Assembly: GCA_009693505.1 (NCBI GenBank)
Contig: SHXD01000010.1
Span: 670 to 64,669 of the forward strand
Length of the DNA: 64,000 bases
Direction of reading: 5' to 3'
Source of the DNA: Limnohabitans sp.
GTDB lineage: Bacteria; Pseudomonadota; Gammaproteobacteria; Burkholderiales; Burkholderiaceae_C
Made by a program: the position numbers and the translations under genes. This document shows positions 50,286 through 61,216 of the stretch, in pieces; the stretch's first letter is position 1; each line of letters begins with the position of its first letter. The notes under the pieces were generated by a model. The model had not been told where the DNA came from. It saw only the letters and a list, made by a program, of their open reading frames with translations, and ran no database searches.

Positions 50286-51551
50286 TCAAGCTTGCTTGGC
50301 CGACTCGCGGTAAACAAGCAAAGGTGTGTGGTTGTCTTCAATGGTGGACGCATCGACCACCACTTTTTCAACATTGCTGGTGTTCGGCAAGTCAAACATG
50401 GTGTCAATGAGGGCCTGCTCCAAAATGGAACGTAAACCGCGCGCGCCAGTTTTACGGGCCAGTGCTTTTTTGGCGATGGCATGCAGGGCTTCAGGCCTGA
50501 TTTCCAGATCGACGCCTTCCATGTTGAGCAACTGGCCAAATTGTTTGATCAAGGCATTCTTGGGCTCGGTCAAAATTTGAACCAAGGCTTCTTCTGTGAG
50601 CTCGGCCAAAGTGGCCACCACAGGCATGCGGCCGACCAGTTCAGGAATAAGGCCGAACTTGATCAAATCCTCTGGCTCCACTTCGGCAAACACTTGGGTG
50701 AGTGAGCGCTGCTTCTTGCTCTTGACCACGGCACCAAAGCCAATGCCGGAAGCTTCGGTGCGGTTTTCAATGACTTTTTCCAAGCCTGAAAATGCACCAC
50801 CGCAAATGAACAAAATATTGGTGGTGTCAATTTGCAAGAAATCTTGATTGGGGTGCTTGCGCCCGCCTTGCGGCGGCACGCTGGCCATGGTGCCTTCGAT
50901 TAACTTGAGCAAGGCCTGCTGAACACCCTCGCCCGACACGTCGCGCGTGATGGAAGGGTTGTCTGACTTGCGTGTGATTTTGTCGATCTCGTCGATGTAA
51001 ACAATACCGCGCTGCGCGCGATCGACATCGTAATTGCAACTTTGAAGCAGCTTGGAAACAATGTTCTCAACGTCTTCACCCACATAACCGGCTTCAGTGA
51101 GGGTGGTTGCGTCGGCCATGACAAACGGCACATCGAGCATACGCGCCAAGGTTTGGGCCAACAATGTTTTGCCAGAGCCTGTTGGCCCGATGAGCAAGAT
51201 GTTGCTCTTTGACAATTCGACGTCTTCTTTTTTGGCGCCTTCTTTGTGGCGCAAACGCTTGTAGTGGTTGTAAACCGCAACAGCCAACGTGCGCTTAGCT
51301 TTTTCTTGACCGATGACGTAGTTGTCTAAGTTGGTCTTGATATCGAGGGGTGTAGGTAAGCCAGATTTAGCATCTTTGGCAATTTCGGTAGCTGGCAATT
51401 CATCGCGAATGATGTCGTTGCACAAGTCGATGCACTCATCGCAAATGAAGACGGAAGGCCCGGCGATGAGCTTCTTAACCTCGTGCTGGCTTTTGCCGCA
51501 AAAGGAGCAATACAAATTCTTTTCGGTAACTGAGCCTTTTTTATCGGCCAT
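50286..51551 (-). CDS. clpX: Clp protease ATP-binding subunit ClpX
   Basis: CSFC..CDEC Zn domain, [15 protein letters not shown] and IGF loops. Confidence 0.98.
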   Translation of the reverse strand: MADKKGSVTEKNLYCSFCGKSQHEVKKLIAGPSVFICDECIDLCNDIIRDELPATEIAKDAKSGLPTPLDIKTNLDNYVIGQEKAKRTLAVAVYNHYKRLRHKEGAKKEDVELSKSNILLIGPTGSGKTLLAQTLARMLDVPFVMADATTLTEAGYVGEDVENIVSKLLQSCNYDVDRAQRGIVYIDEIDKITRKSDNPSITRDVSGEGVQQALLKLIEGTMASVPPQGGRKHPNQDFLQIDTTNILFICGGAFSGLEKVIENRTEASGIGFGAVVKSKKQRSLTQVFAEVEPEDLIKFGLIPELVGRMPVVATLAELTEEALVQILTEPKNALIKQFGQLLNMEGVDLEIRPEALHAIAKKALARKTGARGLRSILEQALIDTMFDLPNTSNVEKVVVDASTIEDNHTPLLVYRESAKQA

Positions 51552-51676
51552 AAACGACGCCTTGTGATTCTGTTTTGCCTATGATAACGAAAGAAAAACG
51601 GCGCTCTCCCATAAAGGCGGCGCCGTCTTCAAAAAACAGGGCAGAAAAGCTAATTTCGATCCCGGTTTGTTGCGTC

Positions 51677-52285
51677 TCAGGGACGTTTTGAGATAACTTG
51701 GTCAATCAGGCCGTATTCTTTGGCTTCGTCAGCCGACAAATAGTAGTCACGCTCGGTGTCCAACTGGATCTTTTCCAGGGCTTGTCCGGTGTTTTCGGCC
51801 AAGATTCTGTTAAGTTGCTCGCGAGTTTTGAGGATTTCACGGGCGTGAATCTCAATTTCGGTAGCTTGACCGCGGGTGCCGCCCAAGGGCTGGTGAATCA
51901 TGACCTTGGAGTTGGGCAGAGAAAAGCGTTTGCCCTTGGTGCCGGCGGACAACAAGAACGCGCCCATGCTGGCTGCCATGCCGGTGCAAAGCGTAGACAC
52001 ATCGGGCTTGATGAAGTTCATGGTGTCATAGATGGCCATGCCAGCGCTGACCGAACCACCAGGAGAGTTGATGTAGAAAGAAATGTCCTTTTCAGGATTT
52101 TCGCTTTCCAAAAACAACAATTGGGCGACCACAGAATTGGCCGTGTAGTCATTGACTTCACCCACCAAAAAGATCACGCGCTCTTTGAGCAAGCGAGAGT
52201 AAATGTCATAGGCGCGTTCGCCGCGACCTGACGTTTCGATGACCATGGGCACATTGCCCAGGGCTTGAATGTCGAGTGAATTCAT
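51677..52285 (-). CDS. clpP: Clp protease proteolytic subunit
   Basis: [28 protein letters not shown]. Confidence 0.98.
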   Translation of the reverse strand: MNSLDIQALGNVPMVIETSGRGERAYDIYSRLLKERVIFLVGEVNDYTANSVVAQLLFLESENPEKDISFYINSPGGSVSAGMAIYDTMNFIKPDVSTLCTGMAASMGAFLLSAGTKGKRFSLPNSKVMIHQPLGGTRGQATEIEIHAREILKTREQLNRILAENTGQALEKIQLDTERDYYLSADEAKEYGLIDQVISKRP

Positions 52286-52334
52286 TTTGATTCCAAACTG
52301 ATGTTTGTGAAAACGTTAAAACTTTGCAGCCGGG

Positions 52335-53648
52335 TTAAGCTTGTTGGCCCATCAACTCGTCAAAGGAGATGGTCTTTTCAGTCACTTTGGCCTTGGACAT
52401 GATGAAGTCGGACACATTGGTCTCAATGACCACCGCCTCAACTTCAGCCATGCGCTGGTTGTCACCATAGTACCAACGCATCACATCTTCAGGACGCTCG
52501 TAGCTAGAAGCCAGTTCTTCGATGTGGGCTTTGATTTGCGCTTCAGTGGCGTTCAAAGTATTGGCCTTGACCAGTTCAGCGACCACCAAGCCCAAACGCA
52601 CACGGCTTTCGGCTTGAGGACGGAAAATTTCGTCGGGGATAGGCGCCTTATCGGCGTCTTTGATACCACGCTGTTTGAGGTCGGCACGGGCGCCCTCTTT
52701 CAAACGTTCCACTTCATTTTGCACCACGGAATTGGGCAAATCGAGCTCGGCTTTTTCAACCAAGGCATTCATGGCAGCTTGCTTGTTGCGGCCTAGCAAA
52801 CGGAATTTGACTTCGCGTTCGAGGTTCTTGCGGATGTCTGCGCGCAAGCCTTCAACCGATGCGTCGGCAATGCCCAATGACTTGGCCAAGGCTTCGTTGA
52901 CTTCAGGCAAATGGGCGGCTTCAATTTTCTTCACAGTGACCATGAAGTCGGCTGTTTTGCCGGCCACGTCTTGACCATGGTAGTCGGCAGGGAATGCCAA
53001 TTGGAAAGTTTTGCTTTCGCCATTCTTCATACCGCGCACTGCTTCTTCAAACTCTTTCAGCATTTGGCCTTCGCCCACCAAGAATTGGAAGTCTGCAGCT
53101 TTGCCGCCAGAGAAAACTTCGCCGTCGATCTTGCCTTCGAAGTCAACCGTGACGCGGTCGCCATCGATAGCGGCATCAGCAGCAGCACGCTGCGAAAAGG
53201 TGCGGCGCTGCTTGCGCAAAATGTCAACGGTTTTGTCAATGGCTTCGTCGGTGACTTCCGTGCTGAGTTTTTCAACTGTTGCAGCAGCCAAGTCACCCAA
53301 TTTAACTTCAGGATAGACCTCAAAGATGGCATCAAATGCCAACTCACCTTCGGGTGCACCATCTTTTTCAGAAATTCGGGGCTGGCCAGCAACGCGCACC
53401 TTGGCTTCGTTGGCGGCAACAGCAAATGCCTCGCCAACTTTGTCGTTCATGACTTCGTATTGAACTGAATAACCGTAACGCTGCGCAACCACATTCATGG
53501 GTACTTTGCCTGGACGGAAACCGTCCATCTTGACGGTGCGAGCCATTTTCTTCAAACGGGCATTGACTTCAGATTGGATGACAGTCACGGGCAGTGACAA
53601 GCTGATTTTGCGTTCCAATTTTTCCAATGTTTCAACAGTAACTGCCAT
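52335..53648 (-). CDS. tig: Trigger factor
   Basis: GFRPGKVP signature, FKBP domain; upstream of clpP. Confidence 0.97.
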   Translation of the reverse strand: MAVTVETLEKLERKISLSLPVTVIQSEVNARLKKMARTVKMDGFRPGKVPMNVVAQRYGYSVQYEVMNDKVGEAFAVAANEAKVRVAGQPRISEKDGAPEGELAFDAIFEVYPEVKLGDLAAATVEKLSTEVTDEAIDKTVDILRKQRRTFSQRAAADAAIDGDRVTVDFEGKIDGEVFSGGKAADFQFLVGEGQMLKEFEEAVRGMKNGESKTFQLAFPADYHGQDVAGKTADFMVTVKKIEAAHLPEVNEALAKSLGIADASVEGLRADIRKNLEREVKFRLLGRNKQAAMNALVEKAELDLPNSVVQNEVERLKEGARADLKQRGIKDADKAPIPDEIFRPQAESRVRLGLVVAELVKANTLNATEAQIKAHIEELASSYERPEDVMRWYYGDNQRMAEVEAVVIETNVSDFIMSKAKVTEKTISFDELMGQQA

Positions 53649-53667
53649 GGTCTTCTCTTTTAGTAAG

Positions 53668-53754
53668 TGGTGCGCGGGGCGGGACTCGAACCCGCACAGT
53701 ATTGCTACCGTCAGGACCTAAACCTGGTGCGTCTACCAATTTCGCCACCCGCGC
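53668..53754 (-). tRNA. tRNA-Leu(TAG)
   Basis: Reverse complement GCGCGGGTGGCGAAATTGGTAGACGCACCAGGTTTAGGTCCTG...GGTTCGAGTCCCGCCCCGCGCACCA. Confidence 0.95.
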
Positions 53755-53848
53755 GGGTCCCATTCTTATGGGTTGAATCGGTCAACCTTCTATTTTAACC
53801 ATGGAAGTGGGGACTTCTGAAGCGAAGTCACCCTTTAGATCCTCGGGT

Positions 53849-56800
53849 TTAGACCGATTTAGGGGGCGGTGCTACCTTGAACCATGCGGCATACATGGCT
53901 GGCAAAGCCAACAATGTGAGTGCAGTCGCCACAATCAATCCGCCCATGATGGCCACGGCCATGGGGCCCCAAAACACACTTCTAGAAAGAGGAATCATGG
54001 CCAACACGGCGGCTGCAGCCGTGAGCACAATAGGTCGCAATCGCCTCACGGCTGACTCCACAATGGCTTCCCAAGCGGGAACGCCCGCCGCTCTGTCCTG
54101 CTCAATTTGATCGATCAGGATGACCGAATTGCGCTGAATCATTCCCATGAGCGCAATGACCCCCAATAAAGCCACGAAGCCAAAAGGTCGATCAAGCACC
54201 AACAAGGCGCCCGCTACACCGGCTATACCCAAGGGTCCTGTGAGAAACACCAAGAAGGCTCGGCTGAAGCTTTGGAGTTGCAACATCAAGAGCGTGAAGG
54301 TGACAAACAACATGAGCGGCATTCCGGCCGCAATGGAGGCAGAGCCTTTAGAACTTTCCTCCACGGCACCCGCTACTTCGATGCGGTACTCGCCAGCATC
54401 TGTTTCCTGCCATTTGGCTTCTAATTTTTTCAATTCAGGCAACAACTGCTGACTCACTGTAGCGCCCTGAATGCCCTCAATCACATCCGCATTGACAGTG
54501 ATCGCATAGCTGCGTCCTTCACGCCACATCACGCCAGGTTCCCAATTGAAAACTGGCTTGGCAATTTGCAGCAGCGGAATGGATTTACCAGGAGTGGTTG
54601 GCACATAAGCACCCGCCAAATCGGTGATGGCATCGCGTTCAGACTGAGGTTGCCTGATCACAATGTCAATCAGTTTATCGCCATCGCGGTATTGACCAAT
54701 GGTCGATCCAGACGCGATGGTCCGAGAAGCTTGCGCAATAGATTGGCTAGTGACTCCCAAAGCGCGCGCTTTGGCTTGATCGACTTCCAAGCGAATGACT
54801 TTGACCGATTCATTCCAGTTGTCATTGACACCCCGTGTATTGGGATTGTTTCGCATGACAGCCTTCACTTCATCCGCCTTCAAGCGCAGCGCCAACGGAT
54901 CGACCCCTACCACCCGAAACTGCACAGGATACGGAACAGGTGGGCCGTTGGGCAACAATTTGACACGCCCGCGAACTTCAGGAAATTCTGAGGCCAAAAT
55001 GGCTGGCAATTTGACGCGCAGCGATTCTCTGACTTTCAAATCTTTGGACACCACAATCATCTGTGAAACATTGGATTGAGGAAATATTTGATCAAGCGGC
55101 AAGTAAAAACGCGGCACACCTGAGCCCACCCAAGTGCTCACCGAGTTCACGCCCTGCTCAGCCATCAATCTCTTTTCAACGCGCTTGGCCACTTCCTCGC
55201 TTGCGATAAAACTGGCGCCTTCAGGCAACCACACTTCCACCATGATTTCGGGTCGGCTAGAGTCAGGGAAAAATTGTTGCTGGACTTTGCCCATGCCCAG
55301 AATGCCCATGATAAACAAGCCCAAAGTGATGGCAATGGTTTTCCATTTATGGATCACGCACCAAGTGACCGCACGGCGAAAGACTTGATAAAACGGCGTA
55401 TCAAACATTTCATGAGCGACCGCCTCCTCAGAACCTCCGACATGGGGCGGTACTTTTAAAAGCAAAGTCCCCAAATAGGGTACAAAATAAACAGAGGCCA
55501 CCCAACTGATGAGGAGCGCAATCACGGTGACGGCAAAAATAGCAAAGGTGTACTCACCCGTTAAGGATTTGGCCAAACCAATGGGCAAGAAGCCAGCCGC
55601 CGTAATGAGGGTGCCGGTGAGCATGGGCATGGCTGTGAGCTCATAGGCGAAGGTGGCTGCACGGACTTTGTCATAGCCTTCCTCCATTTTTCGGACCATC
55701 ATTTCGACAGCAATGATGGCATCGTCAACCAGCAATCCCAACGCAATGATGAGTGAGCCCAATGAAATTTTGTGCAGCCCAATGCTGAAATAATCCATGG
55801 CTAAAAAAGTGACTGCCAACACCAGCGGAATGGTAATGCCCACCACCAAACCAGGTCGAATGTCCAAAGTCCACCGGCGCCACAAAGGATGGCTACCTTG
55901 GCGCTTGTGCAAACCAAGCGCCAAGAAACTGACGGCCAGCACAATGGCGACCGCTTCAACCAATGTTTTCAAAAACTCATTGACCGAAGTTGAGACGGCT
56001 TGAGGTTGATCTTGGACTTGCACCAACTTCACGCCAACGGGCAGTGACTTTTCAATGCTCGAAATACTGACTTTGAGCGCTTGGCCCAGTTCAATGATGT
56101 CGCCGCCCTTGGCCATGGACACACCCACACCAATGACTTGTTCACCGTTGTGTCGCACTTTGACTTGGGGTGGGTCGATGTAATCGCGCTTGATGGTTCC
56201 CAAATCACCCAACCTAATTTGCTGCCCTGACATGCCGCGAATTGGCATTTGCCTGAGAGACTCTAAGTCATTAAATTGCCCATTCACTCGAAGTTGAATG
56301 GCATCATTCGGCAGATTCAAAGTGCCGGCTGATTCAATGGCATTTTGCTGTCCCAACTGCGCAATGACAGAACCCATGTCAATGCCCATTGCAGCCAGTT
56401 TCTTTTGAGAAATTTCAATGAATACTTTTTCATCTTGAACGCCGAAAAGTTCGACCTTGGCAACGTCTTTCACGCGCAAGATTTTTTGTCTAACTTCGTC
56501 CGCAAATTTCTTCACTTCTGCCGGTGTAAAGCCGTCTGCTTGCAAGGCATAAATGACGCCATACACATCGCCAAAATCATCGACAAAGAAAGGGCCCACC
56601 ACACCAGCAGGCAAAGTGCCGCGCATGTCTCCAATTTTTTTGCGCACTGTGTACCAAACATTGGCCACCTCAGAGGGCTTGGAATAGTCTTTGACTTGGA
56701 AAATAATTTGCGATTCACCAGGTTTGGAGTAACTGCGAATCTTGTCTGCAAAGGGCACTTCCTGAAGGGTTCGCTCCAGTTTGTCGGTCACCTGCTCTGC

Positions 56801-57001
56801 CACTTGTTGGGCTGTAGCACCTGGCCAGTAGGCTCTGACCACCATCACGCGAAACGTGAAGGGAGGATCTTCGTCTTGTCCTAAATTGAAAAAAGCAAAG
56901 ACACCCAAAAGCATCAATACCAGCATCAAATAACGTGTGAGCGCGGGATGATCAAGCGCCCACTTGGACAGGTTAAAACCCAATTTTGGTTCTTTGCGCA
57001 T
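53849..57001 (-). CDS. RND efflux permease (AcrB/AcrD/AcrF family)
   Basis: 1050 aa; EDPPFTFR, GLLVDDAII, RLRPIVLTA. Confidence 0.95.
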   Translation of the reverse strand: MRKEPKLGFNLSKWALDHPALTRYLMLVLMLLGVFAFFNLGQDEDPPFTFRVMVVRAYWPGATAQQVAEQVTDKLERTLQEVPFADKIRSYSKPGESQIIFQVKDYSKPSEVANVWYTVRKKIGDMRGTLPAGVVGPFFVDDFGDVYGVIYALQADGFTPAEVKKFADEVRQKILRVKDVAKVELFGVQDEKVFIEISQKKLAAMGIDMGSVIAQLGQQNAIESAGTLNLPNDAIQLRVNGQFNDLESLRQMPIRGMSGQQIRLGDLGTIKRDYIDPPQVKVRHNGEQVIGVGVSMAKGGDIIELGQALKVSISSIEKSLPVGVKLVQVQDQPQAVSTSVNEFLKTLVEAVAIVLAVSFLALGLHKRQGSHPLWRRWTLDIRPGLVVGITIPLVLAVTFLAMDYFSIGLHKISLGSLIIALGLLVDDAIIAVEMMVRKMEEGYDKVRAATFAYELTAMPMLTGTLITAAGFLPIGLAKSLTGEYTFAIFAVTVIALLISWVASVYFVPYLGTLLLKVPPHVGGSEEAVAHEMFDTPFYQVFRRAVTWCVIHKWKTIAITLGLFIMGILGMGKVQQQFFPDSSRPEIMVEVWLPEGASFIASEEVAKRVEKRLMAEQGVNSVSTWVGSGVPRFYLPLDQIFPQSNVSQMIVVSKDLKVRESLRVKLPAILASEFPEVRGRVKLLPNGPPVPYPVQFRVVGVDPLALRLKADEVKAVMRNNPNTRGVNDNWNESVKVIRLEVDQAKARALGVTSQSIAQASRTIASGSTIGQYRDGDKLIDIVIRQPQSERDAITDLAGAYVPTTPGKSIPLLQIAKPVFNWEPGVMWREGRSYAITVNADVIEGIQGATVSQQLLPELKKLEAKWQETDAGEYRIEVAGAVEESSKGSASIAAGMPLMLFVTFTLLMLQLQSFSRAFLVFLTGPLGIAGVAGALLVLDRPFGFVALLGVIALMGMIQRNSVILIDQIEQDRAAGVPAWEAIVESAVRRLRPIVLTAAAAVLAMIPLSRSVFWGPMAVAIMGGLIVATALTLLALPAMYAAWFKVAPPPKSV

Positions 57002-57004
57002 GAT

Positions 57005-58120
57005 TTACTTTGCCACAGGTATTGACAGAGTGGCCGCGTTGTAGACCGTCACTTTTTGACCTGGCGACAACACATGGACGCCCGCACTCACAACTTGTTG
57101 GCCTGGCTTCAAACCTGAGGCAATGACCACCTCATTGCCATCCGCAGTGGCAACTTGAACCACTTGGGAAAGCACCGTTGAGGTCTGTGGATCGAAGACC
57201 CATACGGTGGTTTGCTTGGCCTCTTGGCGCAATGCGCTGGTCGGCAGTTTGATCACATCCGATTGGCTTCCTGCCAATTGGGGAGCCTGAACATTCAGTG
57301 TGATGCCCAATGGCAATGACTCTGCTTTTTCCAATGCCAATTTGACTGTGAAGGTTCGGGTGGCAGGATCGGCACTGGCACCGATTTCTCGCAAACGTCC
57401 TTGAAAGCTTTGTGTTGTGTTGCCCACCGTGACCGACATTTTTTGACCCAATTTGAGACGTCCCACCACATGCTCAGGCACCGCAAACACGGCATCGCGA
57501 GGCCCATCATGTGCAAATCGAAGCACTGACTGCCCCGCGGAAACAACCTGCCCTGGCTCGGCCTCTACGCCCGTGACCACACCAGAAGTGGTGGCAAGCA
57601 ATTTGGCATAGCCAGCTTGATTGGCTTGCGATTGGGCTTGTGAAAGGGCTTGTTCTAGGGAAGATTGCGCAGCCATCAGGCTGGCGGAGCGTCTTTCCAA
57701 TTCAGCTGCACTGATGAAATTTTGTGCCAGCAGCGCCTCGTAGCGTTTGTAGTCTGAAGCGGCCAAATCACGCTGAGCGCGCGCGCCTATCGCCTGAGCT
57801 TGTGCAGCTTGTGCCGCAAGCGCATAGTCTTGAACATCCACTTCTGCCAAAACCTGTCCGGCTTGAACGCGTTGACCCGCTTCAGCTTGACGCACCAAAA
57901 TCTTGCCGCCCACCCGAAAACCCAATCGGCTTTCTGTTCGCGCTCGCACCTCGGCGGCGTACTCTCCCTGGACGTTCAATTCAGATGAACCCACTGTCAG
58001 TAATTTCACAGAACGGATGGGTTCTGGCGTCTCTTGTTTGGGAGAACAAGCAACAATGCCCAAAATCAGAGCAAAAAACAAAATGGGGAGAGAAGTTAGG
58101 CCTGGGGCATGCTGTGGCAT
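57005..58120 (-). CDS. RND periplasmic adaptor (MFP), lipoprotein
   Basis: Lipobox IVAC; LGFRVGGKI, ADPATRTF, GLKPGQQVV. Confidence 0.93.
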   Translation of the reverse strand: MPQHAPGLTSLPILFFALILGIVACSPKQETPEPIRSVKLLTVGSSELNVQGEYAAEVRARTESRLGFRVGGKILVRQAEAGQRVQAGQVLAEVDVQDYALAAQAAQAQAIGARAQRDLAASDYKRYEALLAQNFISAAELERRSASLMAAQSSLEQALSQAQSQANQAGYAKLLATTSGVVTGVEAEPGQVVSAGQSVLRFAHDGPRDAVFAVPEHVVGRLKLGQKMSVTVGNTTQSFQGRLREIGASADPATRTFTVKLALEKAESLPLGITLNVQAPQLAGSQSDVIKLPTSALRQEAKQTTVWVFDPQTSTVLSQVVQVATADGNEVVIASGLKPGQQVVSAGVHVLSPGQKVTVYNAATLSIPVAK

Positions 58121-58136
58121 TGGGGAATCCGAATTA

Positions 58137-58156
58137 ATGACTGACTGGTTAGTAAT
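58137..58156. promoter_or_regulatory. Imperfect palindrome, TetR-type operator candidate
   Basis: ATGACTGAC-TG-GTTAGTAAT (7/9 pairs) in the 80-bp divergent gap between MFP and hpnC. Confidence 0.5.
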
Positions 58157-58200
58157 TTAGGGTAATCCATGATGCTTGTCAAGCGAAAATACAAGAAACC

Positions 58201-59046
58201 ATGTTGACCAAACAAGCAAACCCTCAGGAAGTTCAGGCCCTTCCAATCACCCACCCTGAAAATTTTCCGGTGGCTTCTATTTTGTGTCCGCCACACCTTC
58301 GGCCAGCCATCGCCGCCATTTACGCCTTTGCCCGTGCAGCCGACGACATTGCCGATGAAGGCCACCTCAGCACCGAAGATCGTTTGAAATTACTGATGGC
58401 CTTTCGCCATGAGTTGCTAGCCACAAAAGAGGCATCAGGTGCTCAAGCTGATATCTTTTCACCTTTGCACCAAGTGATTGAGCAATTCACATTGCCCGTG
58501 TCTTTACTCGATGATTTGTTAAAAGCATTTGAGCAAGATGTCAAAGCCACAGCACAAGGCGCGACCTACCCCAACGTGTCAGCATTGTTAAGCTACTGCG
58601 AGCTTTCCGCCAATCCTGTAGGGCGCCTGTTGCTGCACCTCTATGGCGTCAACGATGCACAGGCCTTACTGAGAAGTGATGCTATTTGCAGCGCACTGCA
58701 GTTGATCAATTTTTGGCAAGACTTGAGTGAAGACATCCCTCGAGGCAGATTTTATTTGCCGCAAGACCAAGCGCACAAAGAGACGCCTCTTCTGATTGAA
58801 GCGCTGTGTGCACATGCCTATCAGCTGATGGTGCAGGGCGCACCCTTGGTGCATCAAGTGCCCGGCCGTGCCGGCTGGGAATTGCGGCTTGTGGTTCAAG
58901 GTGGTTTGCGAATTTTGGAAAAAGTCAGAGCACTCGGACCCCAAGTTTTAACCAAGCGGCCTCGCCTGTGCGCTTGGGACTTTCCCCTCATGTTGTGGCG
59001 TGCTCTTTGGATGCGCCCCAGACAGTGGGAGAATAAAGCACCATGA
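58201..59046 (+). CDS. hpnC: Hydroxysqualene synthase
   Basis: ENFPVAS, ADDIADEG, SANPVGRL, INFWQD. Confidence 0.92.
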   Translation: MLTKQANPQEVQALPITHPENFPVASILCPPHLRPAIAAIYAFARAADDIADEGHLSTEDRLKLLMAFRHELLATKEASGAQADIFSPLHQVIEQFTLPVSLLDDLLKAFEQDVKATAQGATYPNVSALLSYCELSANPVGRLLLHLYGVNDAQALLRSDAICSALQLINFWQDLSEDIPRGRFYLPQDQAHKETPLLIEALCAHAYQLMVQGAPLVHQVPGRAGWELRLVVQGGLRILEKVRALGPQVLTKRPRLCAWDFPLMLWRALWMRPRQWENKAP

Positions 59047-59882
59047 CACCTCAAGAGTACGTTCAACAAAAAGCGGCCAGTTCTGGCAGCAGCTTTTATT
59101 ACGCATTCCTTTTTCTACCCGCCAACAGACGCGCCGCCATCACTTCTTTTTATGCGTTTTGCCGTGAAGTGGATGATGTGGTCGATGAAATCTCGGATCC
59201 GAGTGTGGCTCAAAGCAAATTGGCTTGGTGGCAGAAAGAAGTCATTCAATCTTTTGCCGGCCAAGCAGCTCACCCCGTCATGCTAGCCCTGATGCCGCAC
59301 GTGAAAGATTACGGCATTGAAACGCATCATTTGTTGTCGGTCATTGAAGGTTGCCAAATGGACCTGACTCAGACCCGTTACTTAGACTACGCTGGTTTGC
59401 AAAGGTATTGCCATTTGGTAGCGGGCGTGGTCGGAGAAGTGGCCGCCCAAATTTTCGGCCAAACAGACACCGCCACAACGCAGTATGCGCACAAGCTTGG
59501 TTTAGCCTTTCAGCTCACCAATATTTTGCGCGATGTGGGTGAAGATGCCCTGCGTGGCCGCATCTACTTGCCCGTTGATGAACTGAAACAATTTGATGTC
59601 AAAGTCCAAGATTTGATACAAAGGCAATACTCCGATCGCTTCACAGCGCTCATGAAATTTCAAGCGGCCCGCGCGCATCGCTTGTATGAAGAAGCCTTTG
59701 CCATGCTGCCATCGGCAGACAGACAAGCTCAAAAACCAGGCCTGATGATGGCCAGCATTTACCGAACCCTGTTGCGTGAAATTGAGGCGGACAATTTTCA
59801 AGTCTTGCACCAACGCATCGCACTCACACCTTTGCGTAAGTTTTGGCTTGCATGGAAAGTGCAAGCGCTTGGACGACTTTGA
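59043..59882 (+). CDS. hpnD: Presqualene diphosphate synthase
   Basis: SGSSFYYAF, EVDDVVDE, TNILRDVGEDA..GRIYLP; ATGA-type overlap with hpnC. Confidence 0.93.
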   Translation: MTPQEYVQQKAASSGSSFYYAFLFLPANRRAAITSFYAFCREVDDVVDEISDPSVAQSKLAWWQKEVIQSFAGQAAHPVMLALMPHVKDYGIETHHLLSVIEGCQMDLTQTRYLDYAGLQRYCHLVAGVVGEVAAQIFGQTDTATTQYAHKLGLAFQLTNILRDVGEDALRGRIYLPVDELKQFDVKVQDLIQRQYSDRFTALMKFQAARAHRLYEEAFAMLPSADRQAQKPGLMMASIYRTLLREIEADNFQVLHQRIALTPLRKFWLAWKVQALGRL

Positions 59883-61186
59883 GTCAGCATTTGAAAATTG
59901 CCATCGTGGGTGCCGGCTGGGCAGGCTTGGCTGCAGCCATTCAGGCCACGCAAAAGGGCCACCATGTCACTTTGCTAGAAGCCAGCAAATTTTGGGGCGG
60001 CCGCGCACGTTCAATTCAAACAAATTCTGAAAACTACCCCGCCTTGGACAATGGGCAACACATCCTGATTGGTGCTTATCAGCAGACGCTGTCAATGATG
60101 CAGATCGTAGGCATCGATTTAGAAAAAGCATTTTGGCGAAAACCCCTCGATTTAAGGTATGCCGATGGCTCAGGACTGTCGCTCCCCAACAAGTCGTTTC
60201 CCATCAATCTGTTGCAGGGCATTGTCTTAAATCCTTGTTGGCGCGTTGTTGACAAGTGGCAGCTTATGAAAACTGCATGGCAATGGCACGCCATGAACTT
60301 TGAATGCGCAGAGCATCTTACGGTGGCCGATCTTTGCCAGAACATGACGCCCACTGTTTGGCAGGATTTGATGGAGCCCTTGTGCGTCTCTGCGCTCAAT
60401 ACACCTGCGCATGAAGCCAGTGGCAAGGTTTTTTTGCGCATCATGAAAGACGCGCTCTTTGGACCTGCTGGAAGTTCTGATCTGTTGCTTCCCAGGCTGG
60501 ACTTGGGGGAACTCTTTCCGCATGCGGCCATCAAGTGGCTTGAAAAAAATAAGGTCTCCTGCCAATCTGGCCAAAGGATCGACAGCATTGTTGATTTAGG
60601 CAACAACCCCAATGAGGCCAAGCGTTGGCAACTAGGGGATGACAAGTTTGACCATGTGGTAATTGCAACGCCAGCATGGGATGCAGCGCATCTGCTTGAA
60701 ATATTCAACTCTGCATGGTCAACAACTGCCAATCAATTGAAGCATGAAACCATTGCCACGGTGTATGTTCAAGGACCCTTAGATTTCAAATTACCACAGC
60801 CGGTGTTGGCACTCAGAACGGCTCAGGGCTCACCCGCTCAGTTCGCTTTTGATCGCGGTCAAATTTATACTGAAGCCCGTACACCCGGTTTACTGGCCTT
60901 CGTGGTCAGTGCCAACAAGCTGAGCAAAGAAGATGTGACACAGCAGGTCATGGAGCAATGGCGCGCTCTTTTGAGTCAGCTTGGCCAAAACGGTTTGCAC
61001 ATTGAAGCCTTCAAAGTAATTCAAACCGTGGTTGAGAAAAGAGCGACTTTTGCCTGCACACCCAATTTAAAAAGACCCAGGGCAACACCTTGCCAAGGTA
61101 TCACGGTGTGTGGTGACTATATTGAAGGGCCCTACCCTGCAACCCTAGAAGGCGCCGTCATTTCAGGCATTCAAGCAGTGCCTTGA
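59879..61186 (+). CDS. hpnE: Hydroxysqualene dehydroxylase (FAD-dependent)
   Basis: GAGWAG, LDNGQHILIGAY, EKRATF, GDY...YPATLEGAV.SG; TTG start overlapping the hpnD stop. Confidence 0.92.
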   Translation: MSQHLKIAIVGAGWAGLAAAIQATQKGHHVTLLEASKFWGGRARSIQTNSENYPALDNGQHILIGAYQQTLSMMQIVGIDLEKAFWRKPLDLRYADGSGLSLPNKSFPINLLQGIVLNPCWRVVDKWQLMKTAWQWHAMNFECAEHLTVADLCQNMTPTVWQDLMEPLCVSALNTPAHEASGKVFLRIMKDALFGPAGSSDLLLPRLDLGELFPHAAIKWLEKNKVSCQSGQRIDSIVDLGNNPNEAKRWQLGDDKFDHVVIATPAWDAAHLLEIFNSAWSTTANQLKHETIATVYVQGPLDFKLPQPVLALRTAQGSPAQFAFDRGQIYTEARTPGLLAFVVSANKLSKEDVTQQVMEQWRALLSQLGQNGLHIEAFKVIQTVVEKRATFACTPNLKRPRATPCQGITVCGDYIEGPYPATLEGAVISGIQAVP

Positions 61187-61216
61187 TTTTTAACACGTAC
61201 TCCAACACGATTCAAG

